DNA from: Eledone cirrhosa
Lineage: Eukaryota
DNA: 64,000 nucleotides
Assembly: GCA_964016885.1 (NCBI GenBank)
Contig: OZ024765.1
Coordinates: 2,294,001-2,358,000 of the forward strand
Direction of reading: 5' to 3'
In this document: piece after piece, positions 1 through 16,706 of the stretch
Numbering within the stretch: position 1 is the first letter of the stretch
Layout: every line of letters begins with the position of its first letter
Made by a program: the position numbers and the translations under genes
The notes under the pieces: generated by a model
Database searches by the model: none
What the model saw: the letters and a program-made list of their open reading frames with translations, nothing else
What the model was told of the DNA's origin: nothing

Positions 1-82
<82 letters not shown>

Positions 83-193
83 TAATTATATTATATTATA
101 TTCAGATAAATGGTCGGAATATGGTACAGAGAATCCAACTATAGGGTGAAAGCAGCGGTTCTTTGCTTAAACTTTAATCTGTTATTTTAATAA

Positions 194-377
<184 letters not shown>

Positions 378-402
378 ACACAAACACATATATATACATA
401 TT

Positions 403-442
<40 letters not shown>

Positions 443-713
443 AATATAAATATACATATATATATATATATTTGCTTATATATATGTATATATTTATATA
501 TATATTTATAAATATATACATATTTATATATATATACATATTTATAATTATATATGTACATATTTAAAAATATATATACATATTTATAAATATATATATA
601 TATATATTTATAAATATATATATATTTATAAATAAATATATATATATATATATATTTATAAATATGCAGATATTTTTATATATATATGTGTGTGTTTGTG
701 TTTATATATATAT

Positions 714-795
<82 letters not shown>

Positions 796-834
796 GTATG
801 TGTGTGTGTGCGTGTGTATATTTATAAATATATT

Positions 835-894
<60 letters not shown>

Positions 895-896
<2 letters not shown>

Positions 897-1038
897 TGGT
901 TACACAACAGTTAGTTCACCATACCGAGAACAATTGTTTCACCTTAGCGGATCCTCAGCTGACGATTATGATCTGAAGATCCGCTAAGGTGAAACATTTG
1001 TTCTCGGTATGGTGAACTAACTGTTGTGTAACTACTTC
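895..1038. mobile_element. Fold-back element family G with minimal hammerhead core in both arms
   Basis: Arms ~895-958 and ~973-1036. + arm: CTGAAGA-TCCgctaaGGT-GAAA-CATTTG-TT. - arm: CTGAGGA-TCCgctaaGGT-GAAA-CAATTG-TT. Second copy at 39257-39398. Confidence 0.65.
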
Positions 1039-1079
<41 letters not shown>

Positions 1080-1827
1080 ATAACATTCACACAGAAGCAA
1101 GCTCACCTATATGTTTCAGATAATTATATATTATATATAATGTATATAATTATATATATATGTATATGATTATATATCATATAATATATATATATATAAT
1201 TATATATATATATTTATAAAATATATAATTATATATATATATATCTATAATATATATATAAATATATATATATATATTATATAATTATATATTACATATA
1301 TACATGTATATAATTATATATTATATATGTAATTATATATACATATTTATAATATATAATTACATATAATTATATATTATATATGTAATTATATATATAT
1401 ATATTAAATATATATATATATATATATACATATATACAGTGACCGAAAATTCGCGACTAAGGTGTCAGCGTTAACCGAAACACGAAAGAGACAGTAAACG
1501 AGAGAAAGAAAGAAAGAAGGAGAGAGAGAGAGATGTGTGAGGTGAGTGGTTGTCAAGAGGAGGAGGTACTCACTGGGGTGGGGGTGGCAAAGAGAGAGAG
1601 AGAGGAGAAGTAAGAGGTGATTGATTGGAAGATTGAGAAGGGGGTTGTGAAGGGGAGGGTGGAAGAGAGACAAGTTTGATAGAGTAGAGGCTGGAGGAGG
1701 TCTGGAGGGAGGAAGGGAGGTAGGAGGGAGAGATTGAGAAATAGAGAGAGGGTGAAAAAAAGTAAGGAAGAAAAAGGATAAGAAAACGAGAGAAATGCTT
1801 TATATATATGTATATATATATATACAT

Positions 1828-1925
<98 letters not shown>

Positions 1926-2238
1926 GGAGATAGAGAGGTAGATATATAGATAGAGAGAGAGATAGATAGATAGATAGATATGTTTCTTTATTAGCCACAG
2001 GGGCAGAAAAGAAGGGGACACAGATAGATAGAGAGGAGAGTGAGAAGATGAGAAGATAGTGACGTGAGGGAGAGAGAGAAAGAGAATATGTGTCAAAGAG
2101 AGCCAGAGATGAGAAAGAGAGAGATAGAGAGAGGGGGGGATAGAAGACAATGAGAGAGCTAGAGAGTGAAGATAAGGGACAATGAGAGAGAGAGAGAGAC
2201 GATAGAAGACAATGAGAGAGAGAGAGACGATAGAAGAC

Positions 2239-2278
<40 letters not shown>

Positions 2279-2342
2279 GATAGAATACAATGAGAGAGAG
2301 ACGATAGAAGACAATGAGAGAGAGAGAGAGAAGATAAGGGAC

Positions 2343-2380
<38 letters not shown>

Positions 2381-2489
2381 GATAGAAGACAATGAGAGAG
2401 AGAGAGAGAAGATAAGGGACAATGAGAGAGAGGGAGAGAGGGAGAGAAGACAGTGACGAGAGAGAGAGAAAGAGAGAGAGAGAGGAGAA

Positions 2490-2677
2490 GAATGATGATT
2501 CGCTATGATTGACGCGGCGCGCACGCGCTGTTTGTCGTCTGTTTTTCCTTCTCTTCCTCTCTCCTCTGCCCTCTCCCCCCTCCTCTCTACTCTCTTCTCG
2601 TTGCTTCTCTCGTTAGACGTCGCTACCCAACAACATACGCTGAAACCTGTCACTCACCCGTCACCCACCGCCCGACC

Positions 2678-2715
<38 letters not shown>

Positions 2716-3401
2716 ACATATCTAACTATCCCTCTCTCTGTGTCTTCGCCTCACTCTCTCAATCTCTCTCTCTCTCTCTCTCTCTGTCTTCTCAGCTCCT
2801 TCCTCGCCTCTCTCTCTCTCTCTCTGTCATCTTATCTCTTCGCCTCCCCCCTCTCTTCTCTCATCTCTATCTCTCGCTTTCTGCTCTGCACTTCGCCTTC
2901 CTCACCCTCACCCTCACTCTCACTCTCTTTCTCTTTCTCTCTCCCTCTTCTCTTCTCTGCTCCCTCCTCTCTCATCTCTCATGTCTATCTCTCTCACTCT
3001 CTTCTCTACTCTGCTCCTTCCTCTCTCTCTCTCTTCTCATCTCTTCTCTTCTCTTCTCTGTTCTCTTTTAAGCAATTTGTCAAGCCAAGACAGTGAGTGT
3101 AGTGCGAGGAGAACTTTTTGAATAACTAGTCAAGAGGAAAGAGGGCTTTTTCGGAAAATCATAAGGATAAGGCAAGGCCTCTTGACAAGCAAGCATACTA
3201 CAAGAGAAGTGGACTTTAAGTGTAACGAAAAGAAGAGGCAGGAGAGACTGAGACGAAGGCAGGCAGTCAGACAGACAGGCTGAAAATCGGACGTGTTTGT
3301 TATAGTAATATACTAATAGTGAATACTGCCTATTTGGCCGTCGTCGTCGTTTCGTCGTCGTTCTTCGAAAGAAGTAGAGGAGAGAGTGCGTGGAAGAAGG
3401 C
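2490..3401 (+). promoter_or_regulatory. Putative promoter/5' UTR region of Nkx2.1
   Basis: Unique CpG-containing segments (2505-2680, 3070-3401) directly upstream of the ATG, flanked by (GA)n and (CT)n tracts. TSS cannot be determined from sequence. Confidence 0.35.
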
Positions 3402-3834
3402 ATGTCACTAAGCCCCAAGCACCATACTACACCTTTTAGCGTTACAGACATCTTAAGTCCCATTGAGGAAACTTATAAAAAAACCACCATCGAAGCTTCC
3501 ATACCGCCCTTGTCTTACAGAAATTCGCAACACCACCCCCAAGTTTCCGTCGGCGGCGGCGGAGGAATCGGCGGCGGCGGCGGTGGTGGTGGCGCAGCGT
3601 CCTCCGCCGCCGCCGTCACCGGGATGAGCGTGGCGGCGGCGGGTGGGGTCGGCGTCGGAGTCCAGGCGGCCTCATCAGCGGCGGCCTACCACCACAACTA
3701 CGTTCCGCCACTGTCGCACCACACGCCGTCCTTCACAACACAGTACTGTAATGGATCGGAGCTGGGTCACTATGGTGAAGCGAGACAAACTACACCTGGA
3801 TGGTACACTACCAACCCAGATCCTAGGTTTACAA
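3402..3834 (+). CDS. Nkx2-1: NK2.1 (Nkx2.1/TTF-1/scarecrow-type) homeobox gene, first coding exon (partial CDS)
   Basis: ATG at 3402 gives MSLSPKHHTTPFSVTDILSPIEETYKK, matching the Nkx2.1 N-terminus with the TN/eh1 motif. Later QYCNG and WYTTNPDPRFT match conserved Nkx2.1 blocks. Donor A|GTAAGT at 3834/3835 is phase 1, as in other Nkx2.1 genes. GC-rich island in AT-rich DNA. Confidence 0.9.
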
Positions 3835-3933
3835 GTAAGTATAATATAAAATAATTATATACACACAACACCACACAGCATACTGACATGGACACATATA
3901 CACACAACACACGTTTATATACACATCATATAT

Positions 3934-3970
<37 letters not shown>

Positions 3971-4085
3971 ATATATATATATATATTTACATAAATATAT
4001 ATACACACATCATGTATATATATACATATATATATATATATAAATATATATATTTATATATACATATATACACACATCATGTATG

Positions 4086-4123
<38 letters not shown>

Positions 4124-4158
4124 TATATATTTATATATACATATATACACACATCATG

Positions 4159-4204
<46 letters not shown>

Positions 4205-4236
4205 TATATATTTATATATACATATATACACACATC

Positions 4237-4288
<52 letters not shown>

Positions 4289-4382
4289 CCTACCTGCCAA
4301 AATTGACCATAATATATTATTATTATTTGGTAATAAAAAAAAAAAAATCATATTTATTTTTAATTTTTTGCTATTTATATGT

Positions 4383-4463
<81 letters not shown>

Positions 4464-4718
4464 TATAGTGTTGTCAACACTCGCAAAAATATTTTTTTCA
4501 TCCAAACCACATCGGGACATAAACACAAACATATACTGATATATATATATATGTATATATAGACAGGTGTATATTTATCTATGCATTCATGCAAATGTAT
4601 ATATACATATATATATACATATATATATACATAAGTATACTCATGCCTTCATACAGACAGTTTGACATTTCTATAAACGTACCTACATACATTCAAACAT
4701 ACTTGCATGTTTACATAT

Positions 4719-4811
<93 letters not shown>

Positions 4812-4874
4812 ACATCTGCATCACATATGTTTGGTGATATTTGAATATAATATATAATTATATAATTTACACAA

Positions 4875-4909
<35 letters not shown>

Positions 4910-5007
4910 ATATATATATATATATACACACCTGTTACTAAACACAAGTTTCATAAGATTTTTCTTAACATTTATATTCGAGTATTTTTCAATATACAAA
5001 TACACAA

Positions 5008-5096
<89 letters not shown>

Positions 5097-5129
5097 GTAG
5101 AGGTTATATTTAATTTGTTGGGATGCAAC

Positions 5130-5360
5130 AAGCAAAATATTTTTATAACTGATATAAAGCACTCAACAAATTATTGGAGTAAATATATCCAGGAGACTCC
5201 AACTAGAATGGTTGTATTTTTTCAGGGTATGTCAATATTTATTTATAAAACTAACCTATTTTATATTTTATCTGATGAAAGCGCACCATAATTTGCCTTG
5301 GTGGCCCTTGAAATATGTATAATGAAACAAATATGGTTTTATAAATATAGTTTCCATTTG

Positions 5361-5365
<5 letters not shown>
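5130..5365 (+). mobile_element. Family D element with hammerhead core (CTGATGA at 5272)
   Basis: TTTTAT-CTGATGA-stem II-GAAA-TATGTA-TA-ATGAAA. Homologous to copies at 8315-8570, 18705-18960, 22650-22815, 31078-31500 and 38570-39240. Confidence 0.6.
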
Positions 5366-5397
<32 letters not shown>

Positions 5398-5403
<6 letters not shown>

Positions 5404-5596
5404 ATACTTTGGGAGGGTCATGTTGCCAATAAGAAACACACGCACCAGTTGCTTTCACTTCAATTTATTATATATTTATAAATTTACAAGTTTATAAATA
5501 TATATATATTGGCAACATGACCCTCCCAAAGTATAACAATATCGGTTTCAACACACGATTTCAGATAAAGAATCTTGCCAAACAAATTCAGAAACG

Positions 5597-5645
<49 letters not shown>

Positions 5646-5926
5646 TTTTGCGAGGTTTTTTACATGAAATCGTGTGTCGAAACAAATATTGTTATACTTG
5701 GGGAGGGTCATATTTGTGTAATATTGCCAGAATTAATAACAGAACACACTCACTGTTTGGTTGGTTTTCGCTTCTCGCTGTCTTTTATATCTGTAATCTA
5801 ACTTACTCGGTCCTCAATGTTGCCTTTGACTGACAGCGAGAAGCGAAAACCAACCAAACAGTGAGTGTGTTCTGTTATTAATTCTGGCAATATTACACAA
5901 ATATGACCCTCCCCAAGTATGACAAT
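5398..5926. mobile_element. Cluster of nested inverted copies of family J (GTTATACTTGGGAGGGTCAT...)
   Basis: 5688-5782 is inverted at 5832-5926, and 5503-5590 is inverted at 5645-5710. Further copies at 19675-19850 and ~38625-38655. Confidence 0.6.
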
Positions 5927-6063
5927 ATATATATATATAGGAACCAGTAAGACCCCGACAGCTGAGGTCAGTCTTACTGGTTCCTATTACCCACTCTACT
6001 ACCTCAAGTATTGAGTACTTTGGTGCGTTATGGTCCACCTGGTTCCTTACCACACTTCCTTCG

Positions 6064-6108
<45 letters not shown>

Positions 6109-6168
6109 CATACACCTGTTCATCTTATTTCATGAATACGACTTTACAACATAATATATATATATATA

Positions 6169-6199
<31 letters not shown>

Positions 6200-6201
6200 G
6201 G

Positions 6202-6272
<71 letters not shown>

Positions 6273-6312
6273 CACCTGTTCATCTTATTTCATGAATACG
6301 ACTTTACAACAT

Positions 6313-6362
<50 letters not shown>

Positions 6363-6725
6363 AGTGTATACACCTGTTCTACGATCATACTTCATGTTGA
6401 CATATAAGCATAATTGTCTGTATACTATAAATACTATATACAATCTTTTGCTACAAATATATATCCTGGGCTGATGTTGAAAACAATAATTATACATACA
6501 TTATCATATATCTATACCAATCATATCTACATATATAGGTATATACCTGCCTATGTGTATATATATATATGTAAAGGAAAGGTGAGTGCTCTATATATGC
6601 TACAGAGCTATTTAATTATAATAAATAAATATATATGTATATATATTTATTTATTATAACTCAATAGCTCTGTAGCATATATAGAGCACTCACCTTTCCT
6701 TTACCCTGCCTTCGGAAATACGTCA

Positions 6726-6761
<36 letters not shown>

Positions 6762-6767
6762 CATATA

Positions 6768-6818
<51 letters not shown>

Positions 6819-6820
6819 AC

Positions 6821-6870
<50 letters not shown>

Positions 6871-6918
6871 ACATATATATATATATACATAAATACATAT
6901 ATATATATATATGTATAC

Positions 6919-6949
<31 letters not shown>

Positions 6950-6956
6950 CATATAT

Positions 6957-6999
<43 letters not shown>

Positions 7000-7070
7000 A
7001 ATACATATATATATATATATGTATACATATATATATATATACACATATATATATATATATATACATATAT

Positions 7071-7226
<156 letters not shown>

Positions 7227-7368
7227 ATGTATGTATATAGGTATGTATATGCATCTGCTATACATTCACTAATCATGTGTGTATATAACTTACTTTCTTT
7301 GTACACACCATGCTTGTTTAGTATCCTTGCATAAATTATCATATATTTATACATAGATAAATGGTATC

Positions 7369-7433
<65 letters not shown>

Positions 7434-7526
7434 TAGAGGGCATCCCCCCAAAAAGATGTATACACATTTCAACATCATCCTAATCAAAGTGTGTATACTT
7501 TTTTTGGGTATACCCTATACACACAT

Positions 7527-7574
<48 letters not shown>

Positions 7575-7652
7575 TATTAATCTTTACATGTGAATAATTA
7601 TATATATATACATATATATAAACATATATATATATATATATATATACATATG

Positions 7653-7684
<32 letters not shown>

Positions 7685-7752
7685 TATATACCTATTATGA
7701 AAGTTATATTTTCAATACATCTCAATACATATATTACCATATAGTTATACAC

Positions 7753-7817
<65 letters not shown>

Positions 7818-7950
7818 GTTCATCTATGTATATATATGTATGTACCTGTATATTATACATTCACGATTCATTGAATTGATGCGAGTATATACACTCTGTT
7901 GATGGTACCCAGGGAATTGTTTACAAAACAACACCTTTATATATATATAC

Positions 7951-7992
<42 letters not shown>

Positions 7993-8268
7993 ATATATTG
8001 TAACACACACCCGTCTATGATTGTTTGTGTGTGAGTGTGTGTATACATAAATTTTATATATACATACACTAACACACACCTATATGTGCGTGTTAGTTTG
8101 TGTGTATATGTGTATATATTGTATGTATGTATGAATGTGTTTGCAATATATATCTCTATACCATTTGTATGTATATATATGTATATTATACATATCGAAT
8201 ATATAATATATTTTAATACACCTCGTATACAGTCACTGTTTCACTCCATTACACACATATATCTATAG

Positions 8269-8316
<48 letters not shown>

Positions 8317-8578
8317 AAGGAAAATTCAACTAAGGTATGTTTTCTTGGCTATGTCAACATTTATAAAACACACTTTGTATTTTATCTGATGAAAGCGTAC
8401 CAAAGTGTTTTGGTACCCTTGAAATATATATAATAGAATAAATATGGTTTTATTAATATAGTTTCCATTTATTTAATATCATTGAATATTTACTCCAGAA
8501 AACTTGTCGAGTGCTCTGAATCAGTTATAAACATTTATATTTGTTGAATTTCCAACAAATTAAATATCCCTTCTACTT

Positions 8579-8695
<117 letters not shown>

Positions 8696-8699
8696 TGGA

Positions 8700-9430
8700 C
8701 GGATAGGTGTCCTCATCTTGTTTTGTTGTTAACACGTTTCGGCTGATGTACTCTTCAGCCTTCATCAGGTGTCCTAGTGATGTTATTATTAAGTTTTTGG
8801 GGGTTTTTTAAGGCTTATAAACTGATATTTTTCTATCCTTCCTCTACACCGGTTGCCATATACTACTCTTATCTGCACTAGGTCTGTTTGGGAGGTTATT
8901 GTCTCCTAGCATATGTGCTGCCGCTTTTAGTTTTCGTGTTTTCCAGTGGTGTTCTCTGTCTATTATTTTAACTTCATCCCACCGGGGAAGGTGGTCTCCG
9001 TTTTTTCCATACAAGATCAGCTATACCCGATTTATCGATCTCTCGTCGTGCTACAGCTTTACGATGTTCTTCTACCATTATTTTGTATAACCTACCACAA
9101 CTGCATGGGATGGAGTACACGCAGTCTTTGGTCGTATTCTCTTCTATTGGTGCTTCTACTCGAAGGAGATATTTGCGAAGTGTTGTATTACTCTTAAACA
9201 CTGCCCCGGTGTCATATGGACCGCATATCTTTTGTGTCTTTTCCGAGAGGCCTTTGGTCAATTTTGGGGTTTCAAAATTGACCCCAGACTGGGGTCAATT
9301 TTTGGCTTTCATCCTCTCTCTCCTTCCTAATTGGAGTGGATAGTATGTTTTTTGGATAGTTGTTACTTAACAAATTGTTACTTAGCTTGATCATTTCTTC
9401 GTGGTGTGTGAGGATCGCTACTTATATTCT
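8700..9430 (-). mobile_element. Penelope-like retroelement remnant (RT thumb/linker plus GIY-YIG endonuclease) with 3' hammerhead-like motif
   Basis: ORF 8974-9261(-) KGLSEK..KI....VFKSNTTLRKYL.RV.......CVYSIPCSCGRLY...EEH is typical of the PLE linker/GIY-YIG region, here decayed. Downstream at 8773-8731(-): ACAC-CTGATGA-A-GGCTGA/TCAGCC-GAAAC-GTGT. Confidence 0.8.
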
Positions 9431-9474
9431 TTCCAATATATATATAAGTATATATATATATATGTATATATAAG

Positions 9475-9526
<52 letters not shown>

Positions 9527-9604
9527 GTCCCAGTCTTTTGTATTGACCCCTATATGTCGACCCGTGTGGCTAATAAATGAAATCATTATTATTATTATTG
9601 TTCT

Positions 9605-9705
9605 TAATAACTTTGCCTTTCATCCTTACGGGGTAGATAAAATAAAGTACCAGTAATGTACTGGGGTAATTACTGGCCTTGTGCCTAAAGTAGAAACAGT
9701 TATTG
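9605..9705 (+). mobile_element. Octopus-type tRNA-SINE, 3' fragment
   Basis: CTTTGCCTTTCATCCTTACGGGGT.GATAAAATAAAGTACCAG...GTGCCTAAAGTAGAAAC, same family as 61743-62145. Confidence 0.7.
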
Positions 9706-9798
9706 TTATTATTATATATCTTATGTAATATATTTTTTATAACAAAATCCAAAATCTAATCACAGTTAACACAACACACACACATACATACAACCACA

Positions 9799-10157
<359 letters not shown>

Positions 10158-10393
10158 ATATATTAATATACTGAATTAAATTATTGAATAAATAAGGAAA
10201 CAACCAAGGCTGTGTCAATTCTGACAAGCTTCGTTTCTTATAAATATATATATACATATATATATAAATAAATATATATAAATATATATATATACATATA
10301 TATATAAATAAATATATATACATATATATATATACATATATATATATAAATAAATATATATAAATATATATATATACATATATATATAAATAA

Positions 10394-10444
<51 letters not shown>

Positions 10445-10481
10445 TATATATATACATATATATATAAATATATATATATAC

Positions 10482-10532
<51 letters not shown>

Positions 10533-10535
<3 letters not shown>

Positions 10536-10628
10536 GGTGTCCCAGAAAATGTTTACACACTCCAAAAGCATTCTAATAAAAATTACCTGTACAGGTAATC
10601 AAAGTGTGTATACATTTTTTGAGACACC

Positions 10629-10631
<3 letters not shown>
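10533..10631. mobile_element. Tc1/mariner-type MITE
   Basis: TA-CAGGGTGTCCCAGAAAATGTTTACACAC ... GTGTGTATACATTTTTTGAGACACCCTG-TA: ~28-bp imperfect TIRs with TA flanks. Degenerate relative at ~7435-7517. Confidence 0.75.
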
Positions 10632-10678
<47 letters not shown>

Positions 10679-10905
10679 CAATATTCATACATTATTATTT
10701 AACGTAATAAAGACGATTGCTGCCTGATGACGTTCGACGCTACTGTACCAGTAATTAGAGCGGGTTAACTACTTGTATTTGGTATTACAATCTAGATCTA
10801 TAGTAGGATCATGTGCTTTGTGGCTGATCTGTTTCTAGTTATGTTTTATGTTAATCACAATGTTACATGTGTATATACACACCTTGATAACCTGTACACC
10901 ATGTA

Positions 10906-10940
<35 letters not shown>

Positions 10941-10972
10941 TATGTACAGATATATAAATATAAAAATACTCA

Positions 10973-11026
<54 letters not shown>

Positions 11027-11256
11027 CTCAACTATATATATATATATATAATCATCATCATTATCCAACGTATATTTTCCGCCCTAGCCTGGGTTACATA
11101 TATATATATATATCTGTGTGTGTGTGTGTGTGTGTGTGTATAAAGTATGTATGAGTGTGTCTATATATACATATATCTGTGTATATATGTGTCTGTGTAA
11201 ATTTCTGTGATTTAAAACACAGAATATTCCCTTCTTTTTAATTCAATAACATAATG

Positions 11257-11333
<77 letters not shown>

Positions 11334-11563
11334 CTCTCTCTCCCTCTCTCTCTCTCTCTATATATATATATAATATAATGTTGCAGTTTCCTTGAAGCAT
11401 AGTATATAATATATAATATTGAAAGAGATAGAAGGCTAAACAATTCAAAATGGAGTGTTAAGATGAGGTAACGAGAAGTTACCTGGCAATATATAACTAA
11501 ACTTATACACAAAATATGTCTAACCTCAGTTATGTTCTTACAATAAGAAGTTGACTTTCTAAT

Positions 11564-12470
11564 CACAAGGTCCGGGGTTGTAACCCTACATTTGTCCCTG
11601 TAAATAGTTATTTCTGTAAAGTTACACAAGGTCCAGGGTTCTAACCCTGCATTTGTCCCTGTAAATAGTTATTTCTCAAAAGTTACACAAGGTCCAGGGT
11701 TCTAACCCTGCATTTGTCCCCGTAAATAGTTATTTCTCAAAAGTTACACAAGGTCCGGGGTTGTAACCCTACATTTGTCCCTGTAAATAGTTATTTCTCC
11801 AAAGTTACACAAGGTCCAGGGTTCTAACCCTACATTTGTCCCTGTAAATAGTTATTTCTCCAAAGTTACACAAGGTCCTGGGTTGTAACCCTACCTTAGT
11901 CCCTGTAAATAGTTATTTCTCTAAAGTTACACAAGGTCCAGGGTTCTAACCCTACATTTGTCCCTGTAAATAGTTATTTCTCCAAAGTTACACAAGGTCC
12001 AGGGTTCTAACCCTACATTTGTCCCTGTAAATAGTTATTTCTCAAAAGTTACACAAGGTCCGGGGTTGTAACCCTACATTTGTCCCTGTAAATAGTTATT
12101 TCTCAAAAGTTACACAAGGTCCTGGGTTCTAACCCTACATTTGTCCCTGTAAATAGTTATTTCTCCAAAGTTACACAAGGTCCTGGATTCTAACCCTAGA
12201 TGTGTCCCTGTAAATAGTTATTTCTCCAAAGTAACACAAGGTCCTGGGTTCTAACCCTACATTTGTCCCTGTAAATAGTCATTTCTGTAAAGTAACACAA
12301 GGTCCAGGGTTCTAACCCTACATTAGTCCCTGTAAATAGTTATTTCTGTAAAGTAACACAAGGTCCTGGATTCTAACCCTAGATGTGTCCCTGTAAATAG
12401 TTATTTCTGTAAAGTAACACAAGGTCCTCGAATCTAACTCTAGATTTGTCCCTGTAAATAGTTATTTCTC
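11564..12470. repeat. 61-bp tandem satellite, ~15 copies
   Basis: Unit CACAAGGTCCAGGGTTCTAACCCTACATTTGTCCCTGTAAATAGTTATTTCTCCAAAGTTA. Confidence 0.95.
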
Positions 12471-13411
12471 ATATTTGTACACCCAAATATATACACACCT
12501 ATACACAATATATTTCCTATCTCAGTGATGTTGCTACAATAAAAATTTTATTTTCTAATCACAATGTCCTGGTTTCTAACCCTTCATTGTCCCTGTAAAT
12601 CTTGAATATTTATGATTAATAATAATTAAACCCTAGAACTAATTTTTTTAATTTATGAAAAAACACATTTTCTAGTCTGTAACATGTTTTATATATCCAG
12701 TAATCCTGGTATATATCTCATACTATCTACCAATAAACCACATTAACTATAGGGTTTCTTCTATTCAAACAATGACTTTATCAAACCGTAAATTTCCCAG
12801 TTCGTATGATAGACAATGAACCAGTAATACTAGTATATATGGCATATCACATGGCAGTAACCAACATAAAATATAACGTTTCTCTTGTACTAACAATTAA
12901 TTTTTCAAAATACAAGTTTCCAAGTTTCCAAGTTTCCGACTTTTCATATATCCAGTAATTCTCTTATATGATTTATACAGTGTCAGTTATGAACATAAAC
13001 TATAGGGTTTCTCTTATACGAAACATTAATATATCAAACCACATATTCCCACTTCATATGATTGATCAAATAGCCAGTAATACTGGTATATACAGCAACA
13101 CAAGGTCAGTATTTTCAAAGTTATTACTGTCATTATTTGACAGCACGGGGGGTACTAGAATCACTATATATTCTTAAACAAACATGTATAATATACATAT
13201 ATACATACATACATATATACATACGTACATAGATACATACATAAACACTCAGTAACTGTAAATATGTGTGTATGTACACACAGACACAGACACACACACA
13301 CATATTATATATAAAATATATAGGAACGAGTAGGACACCACTCTACTACCCTAAGTATTGAGTACTTTGGTGCGTTATGGTCCACCTGGTTCCTTACCAC
13401 AATTCCTTCGT

Positions 13412-13454
<43 letters not shown>

Positions 13455-13670
13455 TTGTATAAACATATATACATATATATATGTATGTATTTAGGACATG
13501 AATGTATATATATATATGTGTGTGAGTGTGTGTATATCGGCGTATATAATTATATTTATATAAAAAAATGTATATATGTATATATACGTATATATATGTA
13601 TATATATATATATATATATATACACGTATATATATATACTTATGCATTATAAAAATATATATTATATATA

Positions 13671-13781
<111 letters not shown>

Positions 13782-13802
13782 ATATATATAATATTATATA
13801 TA

Positions 13803-13847
<45 letters not shown>

Positions 13848-13913
13848 TATATATATACGGTATACGTATATATATATATTATGCATTATAAAATATAATA
13901 TATATATATATAT

Positions 13914-13991
<78 letters not shown>

Positions 13992-14003
13992 ATATTAAAT
14001 TAT

Positions 14004-14063
<60 letters not shown>

Positions 14064-14078
14064 ATAGTATTGTAATGC

Positions 14079-14117
<39 letters not shown>

Positions 14118-14119
14118 TT

Positions 14120-14167
<48 letters not shown>

Positions 14168-14190
14168 TTATATATATATATATATAGTGC

Positions 14191-14238
<48 letters not shown>

Positions 14239-14272
14239 GCATTATAAAATATATATATATATATATATATAC

Positions 14273-14314
<42 letters not shown>

Positions 14315-14562
14315 TATGCATTATAAAATATATATATATATATATATATACATTATATATATATATATATGTTGCTGGAATTTATCGATACCGTCGTTGT
14401 ACGAAATGCAACACGAATCATGGAAAGATCGATATATCTGAGATACCCAATCAATCAACACTGAATGATACTTGAGATGTGTTCAGTGTAGCAGAGTGGC
14501 AACCTATAGTTCGATCTGAATAAACTGGGAACAAAATACAGAGACAACGACCAGAATTCGTT

Positions 14563-14599
<37 letters not shown>

Positions 14600-14609
14600 T
14601 CTTTTAATA

Positions 14610-14649
<40 letters not shown>

Positions 14650-14876
14650 TTTTATAATTGTATATATATATATTCTTTTAATAATGTATATATATATATA
14701 TATACGTAGATTTTTAATGTATATATATACCATATATATTTTTTATAAAGCGTATATATATGCATATATGTATATATATATATATACATGTGTATATATA
14801 TAGGTAATTTTTTAATAATGTATAATATATATATACATACATATACATTTTTTTTTATAATGCATAATATATATGC

Positions 14877-15029
<153 letters not shown>

Positions 15030-15096
15030 GTATTTTTCTAATAAATAATATATATATGTATATATATTATTATATTATATATATATGTATATATAT

Positions 15097-15200
<104 letters not shown>

Positions 15201-15204
15201 TATG

Positions 15205-15323
<119 letters not shown>

Positions 15324-15553
15324 ATATATATACGTATGCATATACGGAACAATAAACATCGTAGTTGACCATCCCCCTATCTATAACCCATATTTAAATA
15401 CGAATGTTACATAACGATTTTATTACCTAAGATGTTGTCTGATGAAGTCGTGCTGGTTGTTGCGTAATGACTGCATTGCGTAATAATGAAAGCCACAGAA
15501 ATATGTATTACTGCAGATAATGAATTATGCTTATCTCATTCTCGCCTTCACAC

Positions 15554-15595
<42 letters not shown>

Positions 15596-15670
15596 GTATA
15601 TGTATATGTATATATATATATATATGTATATATATATGTATATGTATATATATATATGTATGTATGTATG

Positions 15671-15701
<31 letters not shown>

Positions 15702-15706
15702 GTATG

Positions 15707-15797
<91 letters not shown>

Positions 15798-15971
15798 ATA
15801 TATTTACATATATATATATTTATATATATATATATATATTTATATGTATATATATATTTATATGTATATATATATATATATGTATGTATATATATATATG
15901 TATATGCATATATATATGTATGTATATATGTATATATATATGTATGTATATATATATATATGTATGTATAT

Positions 15972-16131
<160 letters not shown>

Positions 16132-16138
16132 GTATATG

Positions 16139-16183
<45 letters not shown>

Positions 16184-16184
16184 G

Positions 16185-16229
<45 letters not shown>

Positions 16230-16230
16230 G

Positions 16231-16277
<47 letters not shown>

Positions 16278-16313
16278 GTATATATATATACATATATATA
16301 TATATGTACATAC

Positions 16314-16351
<38 letters not shown>

Positions 16352-16373
16352 GTACATACATATATATATATAC

Positions 16374-16411
<38 letters not shown>

Positions 16412-16658
16412 GTGTATGTATATGTATATATATATATGTGTATGTATATGTATATATATATATATATATATAAATATATATCAGTGTGTTTGTGTGGAAA
16501 GTGATATATTAAATCTAATTTCGAAGCTAATACACTGGAACGATTTTCAAACATATATACACATGTATATATACTCATATATTAATATATATATATATAT
16601 AAACATACATATAAAAACAAATATATATATATATATATAAACGTACATATATACACAC

Positions 16659-16706
<48 letters not shown>

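Noticed and set aside
11564-12470. CRISPR-like or telomeric array
   Set aside because: No unique spacers, eukaryotic context, and only one TAACCC per 61-bp unit.
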